From: a virus
Virus record (IMG/VR): IMGVR_UViG_3300022562_000124
Span: 1-64,000 of that record
Length of the DNA: 64,000 bases
Reading direction: 5' to 3' (one strand)
The position numbers and the translations under genes are program-made. Positions 1 through 9,381 of this stretch are shown here, piece after piece; within the stretch, counting starts at the first letter, position 1, and the number at the start of each line of letters is the position of its first letter. Under the pieces are notes generated by a model. That model searched no databases. It saw only the letters and a list, made by a program, of their open reading frames with translations, and was not told the origin of the DNA.

Positions 1-146
1 GAATGGTCTAGAACAGTAGAACAGCCCATACAGATTTCAAGCTCTAGTGGACCTTCGGCAGTTTCCAGACATAGCTTGCCTGTCTTGTGTTTCTTTTTAA
101 GAACTGTTTTACAGAGAGGACACTTCTTTCTTTTCCACCAACTCAT
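1..146 (-). CDS. small CxxC...CxxC zinc-finger-like protein, 3' end runs off the window
   Basis: Read by hand (not in the ORF track). ATG at 146 overlaps the gp44 stop (ATGA). Translates MSWWKRKKCPLCKTVLKKKHKTGKLCLETAEGPLELEICMGCSTVLDH, open to the window edge. Confidence 0.6.
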   Translation of the reverse strand, partial: MSWWKRKKCPLCKTVLKKKHKTGKLCLETAEGPLELEICMGCSTVLDH

Positions 147-1081
147 ACAAACTCACATTCTACCATTAGTTCAGTGACACATGCCATAAGGTTAATTTCT
201 GGATCAGCCACGAAAGCATGTTGGTACTGGTATTTAGATAGGATGAGAACAAGGTTTGGAATAGAATTCTTGGTGACATACATGCTTGCGTTGTCATAAA
301 GATTGCGGTAAAGAGCAGTGCAATCATTATCGACATTTTCAGCAACCCACTTGCGGGCTGATGTAAAGTCACGATCCTTCAGGAATCCGATAAGGTTCTT
401 GATAGTGGTTTCATTAAGGATTGCAATGATACCAGAATCGATCTTACCAGTTGCTGAATAACGCTGGATTTCGTTAATGGTCCTGCGCCAATCAGGATGG
501 AACTTTGTGATTACAGCAGCAATAGCAGCCTTGTCATAGTCCACGTTTTCCTGATCTAGGATTGTGGTGACACGCTTCATCATCTGCTTTGCAAGTGATG
601 GTAGGTCAGACTTCTTAATCTTGAAGTCAACCACAGAACAACGTGAGTCGGCAACAGCACCAATGATACGGTTTTTGAAGTTACATGTTAAAATGAAGCC
701 ACAGTTCTTTGAGAACTCTTCAATGAAGCCACGAAGAGCAGCCTGTGTCTGTTGTGTGAGATAGTCGGCTTCGTCAAGGATGACGTACTTGCGACCACCA
801 TTGAAGGAAATGGTAGAGGCAAACTGTAGGATATCGTCACGCAGAGTGGCGATGTTACCGTTCATAGAGCCGTTGATAAGAATGTAGTCACATCCTAGCT
901 CTTCTAGCATAGCGCGGGCTACAGTAGTCTTGCCACAACCAGCAGGACCAGAAAGTAGGAGGTTAGGGATATTTCCCTGATTTACAAATTCCTGAAAGGT
1001 GTTCTTTAGGTCTTCAGGAAGGATGGTGTCAGCGATAGTCTTTGGGCGATACTTTTCTACCCAGAGAAATTCATTTAGCAT
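143..1081 (-). CDS. gp44: clamp loader large subunit (T4 gp44-like AAA+ ATPase)
   Basis: LWVEKYRPK N-terminus, Walker A GPAGCGKT, Walker B ILDEAD, SRC motif; lies downstream of the sliding clamp. Confidence 0.97.
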   Translation of the reverse strand: MLNEFLWVEKYRPKTIADTILPEDLKNTFQEFVNQGNIPNLLLSGPAGCGKTTVARAMLEELGCDYILINGSMNGNIATLRDDILQFASTISFNGGRKYVILDEADYLTQQTQAALRGFIEEFSKNCGFILTCNFKNRIIGAVADSRCSVVDFKIKKSDLPSLAKQMMKRVTTILDQENVDYDKAAIAAVITKFHPDWRRTINEIQRYSATGKIDSGIIAILNETTIKNLIGFLKDRDFTSARKWVAENVDNDCTALYRNLYDNASMYVTKNSIPNLVLILSKYQYQHAFVADPEINLMACVTELMVECEFV

Positions 1082-1103
1082 AATAAAACCTCATCATAAA
1101 GTT

Positions 1104-1128
1104 GGGGACAGAGGGTTACTCTGCCCCC
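1104..1128 (-). terminator. GC-rich hairpin between gp45 and gp44 (weak terminator or RNA-stability element)
   Basis: Minus strand GGGGGCAGAG-TAACC-CTCTGTCCCC (10-bp stem with one G:U), followed only by AACTTT. Confidence 0.55.
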
Positions 1129-1136
1129 TGTGTCAC

Positions 1137-1796
1137 TTAACCATTATAGCTTGAACTGGACTCCATTGCAATCCAATATTCTACGTCACTACCCTTAAAG
1201 TGGCCGATTCCCTTTGAGGTTGCGGACACTTCATAGTCGCCAGCCAGAAGCTTAACGTTTTCTACTGAAAAGATAAAGCGGAAGCTCTTATCAGTCTCGC
1301 CAACCTCAACACGATAGAAAGACTTGCTGCTATCCTTGGAGTTGAAGCCTTCTAGGTAAATCTTACCGTCTTCACCAGTAATAGCGATTTCAGGCACAGA
1401 GATAATACCAATCGCCTTCTGTAGGCGGGCAAATACATCACCCTTCATAGTGAAGTTTACAACCGCATCCTGTACAGCAACTTCCTTGTCAGGAGCAGCC
1501 ATAATGTTATCTGGTGCGGTAAAGAAGTATTCCAGCTTTTCAGCACCAGATTCGATAACGACTGATCTTTCCTTAGTGACAAGATCGGGATTATCAAATA
1601 GAGTGACAGCACTTAGGAACTGACTAAGGTCATAAATTGCAAACTGTGACTCAATATGAGTACTGATAGTTGCACGTGCCATAATAGAGCGAGTAGTAGA
1701 AATTGTACGAACCTCATTACCCGGTCTAAAAAGAATACCCGGATTGATGGAAGTGAAGTTGCGTAGAATTTGGATTGCTCGTGAATCAAACTTCAT
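1137..1796 (-). CDS. gp45: sliding clamp (T4 gp45-like)
   Basis: ILRNFTSINPGILF, FAIYDLSQFL and C-terminal YWIAME motifs. Start moved to the ATG at 1796, which follows an AAAGGT RBS. Confidence 0.95.
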   Translation of the reverse strand: MKFDSRAIQILRNFTSINPGILFRPGNEVRTISTTRSIMARATISTHIESQFAIYDLSQFLSAVTLFDNPDLVTKERSVVIESGAEKLEYFFTAPDNIMAAPDKEVAVQDAVVNFTMKGDVFARLQKAIGIISVPEIAITGEDGKIYLEGFNSKDSSKSFYRVEVGETDKSFRFIFSVENVKLLAGDYEVSATSKGIGHFKGSDVEYWIAMESSSSYNG

Positions 1797-1814
1797 AATA
1801 TAGTTACCTTTCAA

Positions 1815-2669
1815 TTACTTCTTTTTCTTAAGCTGGCTAATGTCTGCCGTAGCAGGAGCACCAATTTGTGCTAGGTCAACCAGTGAACCACCAAACACAT
1901 ACATACCAACGTGCTGTAGCTGCATCCATGGGCAGAACCATACCTTCATACCAGCCTTACGTGACCATTGACAGAACATATAATCTTCTGATAGGTAACG
2001 ATTGGTTTCTGGACAAATTGGGGTATCAAAGAATGCCATAATCTGTCTAGAGCCATCAAACGCTTCGGTACGAATGTGGTCTGGTGTGTACATCTGTTCA
2101 GGATATGCTTCCTGAAACTTAAGGAAGGTTTCACGCTTGATCATCATGAAACCAGTACCAGCTTCAAGAACTTCTACAGGCTGGCCTAGCGGGATAGATG
2201 TAGAACCTTGGACAGGATTGAAAACGTAGTCACCAACATACTTTTCTAGGTTCTGTGGGTTCTCGTCAGCAAAGCCCTTGTCCACGGCTGTCTTGATCTT
2301 CTCCCATGATATACACTTTTTGGGATAAGGTCCAGCGATAATATCATATTCGTTGCTAGAATCTTCATTATCTGCCAGTGCCAGAAGTGCGATAACGTCA
2401 CGAGCATTAAACCCAATGTCAGAGTCGATGAACATCAAATGTGTGTCGCCAGAGCGAAGGAATTCATCGGCACAGTAGTTACGTGCACGTGTGATTAGTG
2501 ATTCGTTGAAAAGGAAGTAAAAACGAACCTGAATTCCGTAATGAGTTGCAAGGGCTGATAGGTCTGCAATAGATCGTGCAAACATACCAGAACACTGGCC
2601 ACCATACATAGGAGCAGCCACAAAAAGCTTACGCTGCTTCAGTTTTTCAATAGGTACCTTGATTTCCAT
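1815..2669 (-). CDS. GT-A fold glycosyltransferase-like conserved phage protein
   Basis: LFVAAPMYGG, ESLITRARN, HLMFIDSDIGF (DxD), GTGFMMI and YLSEDYMFC motifs typical of GT2-like phage proteins. Confidence 0.7.
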   Translation of the reverse strand: MEIKVPIEKLKQRKLFVAAPMYGGQCSGMFARSIADLSALATHYGIQVRFYFLFNESLITRARNYCADEFLRSGDTHLMFIDSDIGFNARDVIALLALADNEDSSNEYDIIAGPYPKKCISWEKIKTAVDKGFADENPQNLEKYVGDYVFNPVQGSTSIPLGQPVEVLEAGTGFMMIKRETFLKFQEAYPEQMYTPDHIRTEAFDGSRQIMAFFDTPICPETNRYLSEDYMFCQWSRKAGMKVWFCPWMQLQHVGMYVFGGSLVDLAQIGAPATADISQLKKKK

Positions 2670-2678
2670 AGTTTATCC

Positions 2679-3032
2679 TTAGTTCTTATCGGCTCTATCT
2701 TGTGCCTTCTGGTCACTATATGTGAGACCGTGATAGCGCACAGATAGCTTGGCGATATTCTGTTCAATTGTTTGTTCTCTTGTAATTCCAAGATTCTGGC
2801 GTACACCTTCCATGTAGAATTCAAGATCGCCAAGCTCTTCGATAACATTTTCGATATCAATGGGCTTGTTGTAGATAACGTGCTTCTTAACAGCGTCAAG
2901 CAGTTCACCGGCTTCACCAGCTACGCCAGTTGCCATGTGCCATAGGTCTGCCTTTTCTGGTGTAACGGTTGAAAGAATATCTTCACCCGGTTTTACCAGT
3001 GCAGCAACCATTTCAGAGTGTGTGATTGTCAT
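2679..3032 (-). CDS. MazG-like all-alpha NTP pyrophosphohydrolase
   Basis: GVAGEAGELLDAVKK...IEELGDLEFY (ExxE...EExGD) signature. Confidence 0.88.
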   Translation of the reverse strand: MTITHSEMVAALVKPGEDILSTVTPEKADLWHMATGVAGEAGELLDAVKKHVIYNKPIDIENVIEELGDLEFYMEGVRQNLGITREQTIEQNIAKLSVRYHGLTYSDQKAQDRADKN

Positions 3033-3322
3033 AGTGTATCCTTGCGTTCAAGATCATGTACATGTAGTGCAATAATGGCGTAATGGATGACCTTCATAAG
3101 GTCCTTGCGCCAATCTTCTGGGGTTCCCTTGTGCCCATAACGCTGTGCGTATTTTAGAATGTTTCCGATTGTGAAACCAATACCATGACCACCATCGATG
3201 ATAAATTCTGTGGCCTGATAGTTATTCTGGGAATAGTGCTCACCGTAAGTCTTGTTTACATAGTCGGTGATTTCTTGAAGGAGTTTTCCTTCGTTGTATT
3301 TATACTCGATTTTCTTGTCCAT
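3029..3322 (-). CDS. DUF3310-like conserved phage protein
   Basis: HYS...GFTIGNILKYAQRYGHKG...DLMKVIHY pattern. Start moved to the ATG at 3322, which follows an AGAGG RBS. Confidence 0.75.
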   Translation of the reverse strand: MDKKIEYKYNEGKLLQEITDYVNKTYGEHYSQNNYQATEFIIDGGHGIGFTIGNILKYAQRYGHKGTPEDWRKDLMKVIHYAIIALHVHDLERKDTL

Positions 3323-3338
3323 AATATATTTGCCTCTT

Positions 3339-3836
3339 TTATTTGTTGCGGCGGCTAGCAATTTTAGCATCTTTACGTGCCTTTTCCAAGTGAATTCTAT
3401 TAGCACGTTGCTGATAGTTAATACCGTCAAGATGGTCTAGTTCATGTTGGAATACTCGTGCAGTGATACCATCAAATACACGTGTAAGTGTTTGTCCATT
3501 TGGTTCTGTATAGCGAACCTTGATTGTGCGTGGACGTTTTACCTTGACAAGAAAGTTAGGATACGATAGGCATCCTTCTTCAAGGTAAATCATATCTGGG
3601 TCCTGATCGACAATGCGAGGATTGAATACAGGAATAAGTTCTGCCCCGTACATGATAAATGCACGATACGGTAGGCCACACTGGTTTGCAGCAAGACCAA
3701 TACCGCCATTATGAATCATGGTTTCGGCAAGGTTCTCCATCAATTCAAGTGGATCAATTGGTGGATTGGTGAAGTCAAATGGCCCCATCTTGGTTTTCAA
3801 GATGGGATCATTACAGTCAACTAAATCATAAATCAT
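3339..3836 (-). CDS. def: peptide deformylase
   Basis: All three PDF motifs are present: GIGLAANQCG, EGCLS, QHELDHLDG. Confidence 0.96.
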   Translation of the reverse strand: MIYDLVDCNDPILKTKMGPFDFTNPPIDPLELMENLAETMIHNGGIGLAANQCGLPYRAFIMYGAELIPVFNPRIVDQDPDMIYLEEGCLSYPNFLVKVKRPRTIKVRYTEPNGQTLTRVFDGITARVFQHELDHLDGINYQQRANRIHLEKARKDAKIASRRNK

Positions 3837-4350
3837 ATGCGTGTCTCAATAGGTCATAGATAACATAGCGGGCATCTGCATTTGCAGGGATCACGTGATA
3901 GTTGTACCCGCCTTCTTCTAGAAGTTCCTTGATTTGAACATCAAGTTCACGTGCTTCTTCTTCACTCTGATTACGACCAACCTGATGATATGGCTTTTCT
4001 CTTTCAAGAAAAATATTGATATTATCATAGGTATCGTATAGTTCGTAGATCATACTACGAAATGTCTTTGGGAGGTAATCTGGCTTGGAGTATACCATAC
4101 TTAGAAGCAAAGGGCTATCAGTAATTGCCCATTCTACCTGATCTTTTACACGATGAAGCTTACGATTCTGCTTCGCTGTAACGTATAGTTGGTCTTCGAA
4201 AATCTTATAACGCTGTTCCCAAGTAATTTCCTTGGCATATTCGTTAATTAGTTCTACACTCTTATTAGACCACTTCATAAGAGCAAATAGGTCTGCGGCT
4301 GTGGTAGATTTACCAGTACCGGGACCACCAAATAGGTTAATAACCTTCAT
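3826..4350 (-). CDS. P-loop nucleotide kinase / NadR-like AAA_28 ATPase
   Basis: VINLFGGPGTGKST Walker A, ITDSPLLL, GRNQSEEEA motifs. Confidence 0.8.
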   Translation of the reverse strand: MKVINLFGGPGTGKSTTAADLFALMKWSNKSVELINEYAKEITWEQRYKIFEDQLYVTAKQNRKLHRVKDQVEWAITDSPLLLSMVYSKPDYLPKTFRSMIYELYDTYDNINIFLEREKPYHQVGRNQSEEEARELDVQIKELLEEGGYNYHVIPANADARYVIYDLLRHAYDL

Positions 4351-4351
4351 A

Positions 4352-4579
4352 TCAAATCCTCTTGTTTAGGACAGCCTCAAATAGTTTATTCAGAATCTGA
4401 TCTAGATTAGAATCTTCCATACAACGAGCAACATACAGTTCATGTACGATTGCCTCAACATCTGGTGTATCGATAGGATCATCAGACACAAAATAACAAC
4501 GGGCACGTAGCTCTTCGATCAAGTCACTATCATCAAAATCGTCTAGGTCTACGTCAACATCTACACTGATTGTTGGCAT
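4352..4579 (-). CDS. hypothetical acidic protein
   Basis: 75-aa ORF packed tightly in the operon; VDVDVDLDDFDDSDLIEEL is a pattern common in phage small proteins. Confidence 0.7.
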   Translation of the reverse strand: MPTISVDVDVDLDDFDDSDLIEELRARCYFVSDDPIDTPDVEAIVHELYVARCMEDSNLDQILNKLFEAVLNKRI

Positions 4580-4767
4580 TACTTTTTCTTCCTATTTTCT
4601 TTTAGCCATTTCTTTTTATATTCTGGAAATGACATAGAAAACTCTGCACCAGAGTCCTTATACTCTTTCCATATTTTGGCGTTTTGGTTAGTAAACTTTG
4701 CTTTTAGTTTGCGTTTCTCGAAAGACAGTTCACGAGAGATATCATTTCCAGATTTTTTACTGACCAC
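4579..4767 (-). CDS. hypothetical basic protein
   Basis: 62-aa Lys-rich ORF overlapping both neighbours in the operon. Confidence 0.6.
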   Translation of the reverse strand: MVSKKSGNDISRELSFEKRKLKAKFTNQNAKIWKEYKDSGAEFSMSFPEYKKKWLKENRKKK

Positions 4768-5233
4768 TTTTGTCTCCCACTAAAATATGCTTAAGTGCTA
4801 CGGCATCCCACCATGCATTATGCTGTACGGCACCCTTGACTTCTGTAGGATATGCGTCTACACGAACTACATCAAATTGTAGGCGAGGAACATTAATCAT
4901 GAGACCGGGACCAGTGATAACAGCCTGACACATGTAGCGAACATCATCTGGCCAATCGGTAATGATGTAGGGAACGTGGTCATCTTCTGCAAGATATGCC
5001 TGAATTAAACGGGATGCTTCTAGGTCTGAATTGACTGAGTAGAGCATACCGGGTAAAGGCGATGGAACATCATACAGAATAGGCACGACATTCTTTTCTA
5101 CCCACGGATCGTTAATTTGATCCAGATTGTGATTGTAGATGATGTAAAGACTTTCATTGTCTTCACGTACTAGGGCTAGGGATAACAGTCTACCCCCAAA
5201 CCCGTCAAATTCTGTGTCAAGGAAGTACTTCAT
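4757..5233 (-). CDS. DEDDh 3'-5' exo(ribo)nuclease, RNase AS/DUF5051-like
   Basis: YFLDTEF (ExoI motif), DWPDD, HNAWWDA (ExoIII HxxxxD). Confidence 0.8.
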   Translation of the reverse strand: MKYFLDTEFDGFGGRLLSLALVREDNESLYIIYNHNLDQINDPWVEKNVVPILYDVPSPLPGMLYSVNSDLEASRLIQAYLAEDDHVPYIITDWPDDVRYMCQAVITGPGLMINVPRLQFDVVRVDAYPTEVKGAVQHNAWWDAVALKHILVGDKSGQ

Positions 5234-5462
5234 TTCTCACTCCATAACTGTCCATAAGCTCAAATATCTGTTCTTGGCTCATGGACATAAGTTGTTCCAT
5301 TTTCTTCATGTTATGTTCACACATACGAACATAAAGTTCCTTGGCAGTGTTCTTAGTTATAGTTCCCTCAATCATAGCAGAAACTATCAAAGCTTCCTGT
5401 TCCAGTAGGATTGGTCGTTGCATAAACTTATCCAAAAACAAATTAAAGTCTATGTCGCTCAT
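5217..5462 (-). CDS. hypothetical protein
   Basis: 81-aa ORF coupled to the gp46 stop (ATGA overlap). Confidence 0.65.
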   Translation of the reverse strand: MSDIDFNLFLDKFMQRPILLEQEALIVSAMIEGTITKNTAKELYVRMCEHNMKKMEQLMSMSQEQIFELMDSYGVRNEVLP

Positions 5463-7171
5463 GCTGCTATCCTACTGAAATTGCTGTTCTTCTCAAAGCG
5501 AATGACAGTGTGGAACTTGTCGAACAGGGCATCACCCTTATGACTGATTATAAACGTATTCGTTTCCTGTGTCAAGGTTTCGAGAATCTTAAGGAATTCT
5601 TCTGTACCAGCCGCATCCAGAGACGAATCAAAGATTTCGTCCATGATCAATAGGTTGGTGCTGGCACTATTACGCATTTTGGCAATTGCTCTCCACGTAA
5701 ACATAAGAGCAAGGTCAATACGTAGCTTCTCGCCTTCTGAGAAGGAAGCATAGGAGAATTCATCCCTATAGCGAGACTTAATAGTTTCGTTGAACGAATC
5801 GTCTAGCTGGAAATCAACAAAGAAGTCCATGGCGGCAAGATACTTGTTGATAAGCTTGTTCATGATAGGAATGTACTGCTTGACAATCTTGGTCTTAATG
5901 CCAGTATCCTTAAGAAGGACAGCAGCAACATCATGGACAGCCTTTTCCTTGTATAGGCGTTCCTTCTGATCATGATACCCAGACAAGGCGGTCATATACT
6001 TGGTAATGTCTATATCAGAAGTGATTTCAACTTCCTGTTCACGAAGACGCTTGATTTCAGCATTCAAGTCGCTGATGTAACGATTCAAGAAATTGATCTG
6101 TTGGTTGTTTGACTGAATAGCAGTATTGAACTTCTTAATCTGTTCATTAGTGCGATGAATAAACTCTAGACGCTCTTCTGTTTTCAGAATTTGCTTTTCA
6201 ATCTTTGCCATGGCAGTAGTGAATTCATCGATCTTTTGTGTCTTGTTGTCAATCGAAGTTTCACGAAATTCTGGCTGAATACCCTGTAGACAGGTAGGGC
6301 AATTTTCATTGTCCTTATAGAATTGAATCTCTTTCTTCAGCTTACGAATCTTGGATTCCGCCTTGGACTCCATACCAACAAGCTCTGAGTGGCGATCACT
6401 AACAGTCTTGCTATCCGCTATCTGATTTGATAGCTCTTCTACCTGACTCATCATCCCCTCTACATTAATTTCATGTAAAGCGATTGCGTCAGCATGTTCC
6501 TTGATCTTGGCTTCCTTTTCCGCAATCAAAGCATCGTTGTTGGTCTTCATCTTTTCAATATGAGCGTTGTGCATTTCAATGCGCTGCTCAAGTAGTTCAA
6601 TTTCCTTATCAACCGCCTTCAAGGCTTCCTTGTTGTTGGAAACCTTTTCTTTAAGAAGAGAATTCATAACAGAGAAAATCTGAATGTCTAATAGGTCTTC
6701 GATGACCTTGCGGCGATCAGCAGCGTTAAGCTGCATGAAAGGAATATAGTTAGCGGACCCAAGAACAACAATCTGTGAGAAGGTCTTGAAGTTCATCTTA
6801 AGAATGTTGGTTTCAAAGTGTTCCTGAAAATCCTTTGAAGCGGCAGACTGATTAATAGACTGTCCGTTCTGAAAGATTTCGAAGACATTTGGCTTCATAC
6901 CACGGCGAACCATGAATTCCTTACCAGCAACCTCAAACTCCAATTCCACCAGCAAATTTTTATTTGTGATGGTATTGACAAGCTGTGGCTTATTGATATC
7001 ACGGTATGGCTTACCGAATAGAGCAAAGGTAAGAGCTTCGATGATGGTTGACTTACCAGCACCGTTCTCGCCAACAATCAAGGTTGACTTAGCTCTATCT
7101 AGCTGAAGTTCAGTGAATTGATTACCAGTTGACAGAATGTTCTGGTAACGAATTGTCTTAAAGCGAATCAT
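5459..7171 (-). CDS. gp46: recombination endonuclease ATPase subunit (T4 gp46, Rad50/SbcC-like)
   Basis: GENGAGKST Walker A, coiled coil with CPTC zinc hook, FSEGEK signature, LIMDE Walker B. Confidence 0.98.
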   Translation of the reverse strand: MIRFKTIRYQNILSTGNQFTELQLDRAKSTLIVGENGAGKSTIIEALTFALFGKPYRDINKPQLVNTITNKNLLVELEFEVAGKEFMVRRGMKPNVFEIFQNGQSINQSAASKDFQEHFETNILKMNFKTFSQIVVLGSANYIPFMQLNAADRRKVIEDLLDIQIFSVMNSLLKEKVSNNKEALKAVDKEIELLEQRIEMHNAHIEKMKTNNDALIAEKEAKIKEHADAIALHEINVEGMMSQVEELSNQIADSKTVSDRHSELVGMESKAESKIRKLKKEIQFYKDNENCPTCLQGIQPEFRETSIDNKTQKIDEFTTAMAKIEKQILKTEERLEFIHRTNEQIKKFNTAIQSNNQQINFLNRYISDLNAEIKRLREQEVEITSDIDITKYMTALSGYHDQKERLYKEKAVHDVAAVLLKDTGIKTKIVKQYIPIMNKLINKYLAAMDFFVDFQLDDSFNETIKSRYRDEFSYASFSEGEKLRIDLALMFTWRAIAKMRNSASTNLLIMDEIFDSSLDAAGTEEFLKILETLTQETNTFIISHKGDALFDKFHTVIRFEKNSNFSRIAA

Positions 7172-7179
7172 TATATAAT

Positions 7180-8238
7180 TTACTCCACGTAAAGAGCTTC
7201 AGTATACAGGCTTGTGAGAAATTTGTCCAGTTCAATATTTTCTACACCAGCTTCGATGTTGGTGACAGCCTTTCGCAGGATAGTTAGCGTATCCTCTGCC
7301 TCATCGGCTACGTCCTCATCGGTCATATGTAATTCAACATAGTCACCGATTACCTGTATATCGATGGCACCAGCCGCTTCTAGCTTATTGATGAAAAGGT
7401 CAAACCAGTATGGATTTGTTTTGTTCTTGACAATGACCTTGACGTAGTTATCAGCAAACTCATCAAAATAAATGTCTAGAACATCATCCATGTTTTTGTT
7501 CTTATCATCATAATCAATCATCTTGAAAATGGTGAATGGGTTCTTAATGAATTTTAGATCACGTGTGTCAGTATCAAAGATAAAGAAACCACGAGGATCA
7601 TCATAGTCTGCCCATGTTAGCTCATACGGTGTTCCAAGGTAATGAATGTTTCCACGACTTGACTTGTGGTGATAATGACCAGAGCACACGATATCGAACT
7701 TGTCGAATACCGAAGCATCCATACCATGCTCACTATAGACACCACGATCCATTTCAAACCCCTTTAGTTCAAGGTGTCCAAACAGAATCTGTGCATCCGT
7801 TTCCTTGACAAACTTCATAATGTCTGCTTCATTGTCAGAACAAATCCAAGGAATAAGAGCAATCTTGATACCATCAAAAAGAATTTCTTGATGGGTACTG
7901 TACGTCTTAATGTTGTCGTATTCCCCTAGCAGAAGCTGTGGAGAATTGACTTGGTTGGTGTTCTTAAAGAAGGTGTCATGGTTGCCCACGAACACATGCA
8001 CATCAATCCCCTTACGCTTTGCCACTTCAAAGAAAAACTCTCTAGAGCGGTATAGTGTAAGGAAATTGATGTACTTACGGCGATCAAACAAGTCACCAAA
8101 CTGAACAATGGTGTCAATGTTATTCTCTTCAAGATACGGAAATAGTGTTTCGGTATAAAACTTTTCGAAGTGATTGTGAAATGCCGCATGGTCATTTCTC
8201 GCTCCGAAGTGGGTATCACCCAACAAACAAATCTTCAT
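7180..8238 (-). CDS. gp47: recombination endonuclease nuclease subunit (T4 gp47, Mre11/SbcD-like)
   Basis: DTHFG, GDLFD, GNHD, GHYH metallophosphoesterase motifs; adjacent to gp46. Confidence 0.97.
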   Translation of the reverse strand: MKICLLGDTHFGARNDHAAFHNHFEKFYTETLFPYLEENNIDTIVQFGDLFDRRKYINFLTLYRSREFFFEVAKRKGIDVHVFVGNHDTFFKNTNQVNSPQLLLGEYDNIKTYSTHQEILFDGIKIALIPWICSDNEADIMKFVKETDAQILFGHLELKGFEMDRGVYSEHGMDASVFDKFDIVCSGHYHHKSSRGNIHYLGTPYELTWADYDDPRGFFIFDTDTRDLKFIKNPFTIFKMIDYDDKNKNMDDVLDIYFDEFADNYVKVIVKNKTNPYWFDLFINKLEAAGAIDIQVIGDYVELHMTDEDVADEAEDTLTILRKAVTNIEAGVENIELDKFLTSLYTEALYVE

Positions 8239-8244
8239 AATGAA

Positions 8245-8421
8245 TTACCTACGCTTTTTGTTTTGTTCCTTAGTCCAATTTTTAAGTGCGAGGTCACAAA
8301 AGTCTCTAACTGTCTCAAGGACAGTCGCTTGATTATACTTTACATGTTCCGGTGTAGTCTTGGACTGTAAAGATTCAACCATTTGCTGTACTATGACAGG
8401 CACTGAATTAAATCTACTCAT
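8245..8421 (-). CDS. hypothetical protein (58 aa)
   Basis: The real start is probably the ATG at 8421/8424 after GGAGAAG (MSRFNSVPVIVQQMVESL...); the upstream part of the track ORF overlaps gp55. Confidence 0.6.
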   Translation of the reverse strand: MSRFNSVPVIVQQMVESLQSKTTPEHVKYNQATVLETVRDFCDLALKNWTKEQNKKRR

Positions 8422-8959
8422 CATCTTCTCCAATAAATTTGTCGATTCCTTTCTTTCTCTTTTGACGTTTTGCGGCTTGCTTTGCATCGTACTTTTCAGT
8501 AAGGTCAGTAAGCTTGTCCATATCCATCGTAACCATAATAGCGTTAAAATGAGAAAGGTCATCTGGTGATAGCTCTACCAGCGTGTTCATGGTCACGGAG
8601 TTTTCCATGGCCTTGTATTTAATGTACGTCTGCTTTCTTTCCTTGTCGATTCGACGCAGGAACGCATAGTACATGATCTGAGTGAAATATGCAAACGGAT
8701 TCGTAGATTTTTCTGGATCAAAGTTGTGGAGGTATCTCAGGCAGTTTTCCACAGCGTCCCCGATCATTTCCTCACGATAGGTGTAGCCTATGAAGTTACG
8801 ATTGGTCGAAAGTCTATTGGCAATTAGCCAGATACATTCCCCAATATAGTTACTCGGTGTAGGCGTTTCAACTCCCTTTGCCTTGGCACTGTTATATTCG
8901 TTAATAAATTTCACCATTTCGGTGTACAACTTTTTGTTGTCAACGTAATGTTTTGTCAT
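8414..8959 (-). CDS. gp55: late-transcription sigma factor (T4 gp55-like)
   Basis: HYVDNKKL, YIGECI, NFIGYTYREEMIGDA, NPFAYFTQI..YAFLRRI motifs; matching TATAAATA promoters occur throughout the window. Confidence 0.96.
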   Translation of the reverse strand: MTKHYVDNKKLYTEMVKFINEYNSAKAKGVETPTPSNYIGECIWLIANRLSTNRNFIGYTYREEMIGDAVENCLRYLHNFDPEKSTNPFAYFTQIMYYAFLRRIDKERKQTYIKYKAMENSVTMNTLVELSPDDLSHFNAIMVTMDMDKLTDLTEKYDAKQAAKRQKRKKGIDKFIGEDDE

Positions 8960-8970
8960 AAGTAATTACC

Positions 8971-9381
8971 TTAATGTTTTGTGTTTTTGGAATAAACAGT
9001 ATTCATGAAGTTTTCCCATGGATCGCTCTGTTCATTCATAATAGTTTCAAGTTCTCTGATAGCCCCTGTTATTTGTTTGTGGAGACGAGGCTTAGCATAG
9101 TTCTTGGCATAAACACTAGCTTTGGAATAATAATCGCAAAGCTTTGGAGCAGGTTTATAGTACGTTATAACATCTTTCTGTTTAAAAGTCAAGTATTCAT
9201 CATCAGATAATAGTAATGCATCTTCTAATCTCATGACAGAATGCCCTACTTCATCTTTCTGATCTACAATATACATGGGGTCGAGTAGATTGATTAGTTC
9301 TAGTTGATGTACAGGAACGTCATCATTTTCTACACACCCCACGATTTCTTCACCGTTAGTTAGTTTCAATACTACGATCAT
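8971..9381 (-). CDS. conserved T4-like hypothetical protein (possible Sm-like fold)
   Basis: VLKLTNGEEIVG N-terminus; position between uvsW and gp55. Confidence 0.7.
   Translation of the reverse strand: MIVVLKLTNGEEIVGCVENDDVPVHQLELINLLDPMYIVDQKDEVGHSVMRLEDALLLSDDEYLTFKQKDVITYYKPAPKLCDYYSKASVYAKNYAKPRLHKQITGAIRELETIMNEQSDPWENFMNTVYSKNTKH

Noticed and set aside
2639-2917. 92-aa minus ORF and the many other 60-130-aa ORFs nested in or antisense to recognised genes
   Set aside because: They overlap well-supported genes, lack RBS or motifs, and are typical six-frame noise.
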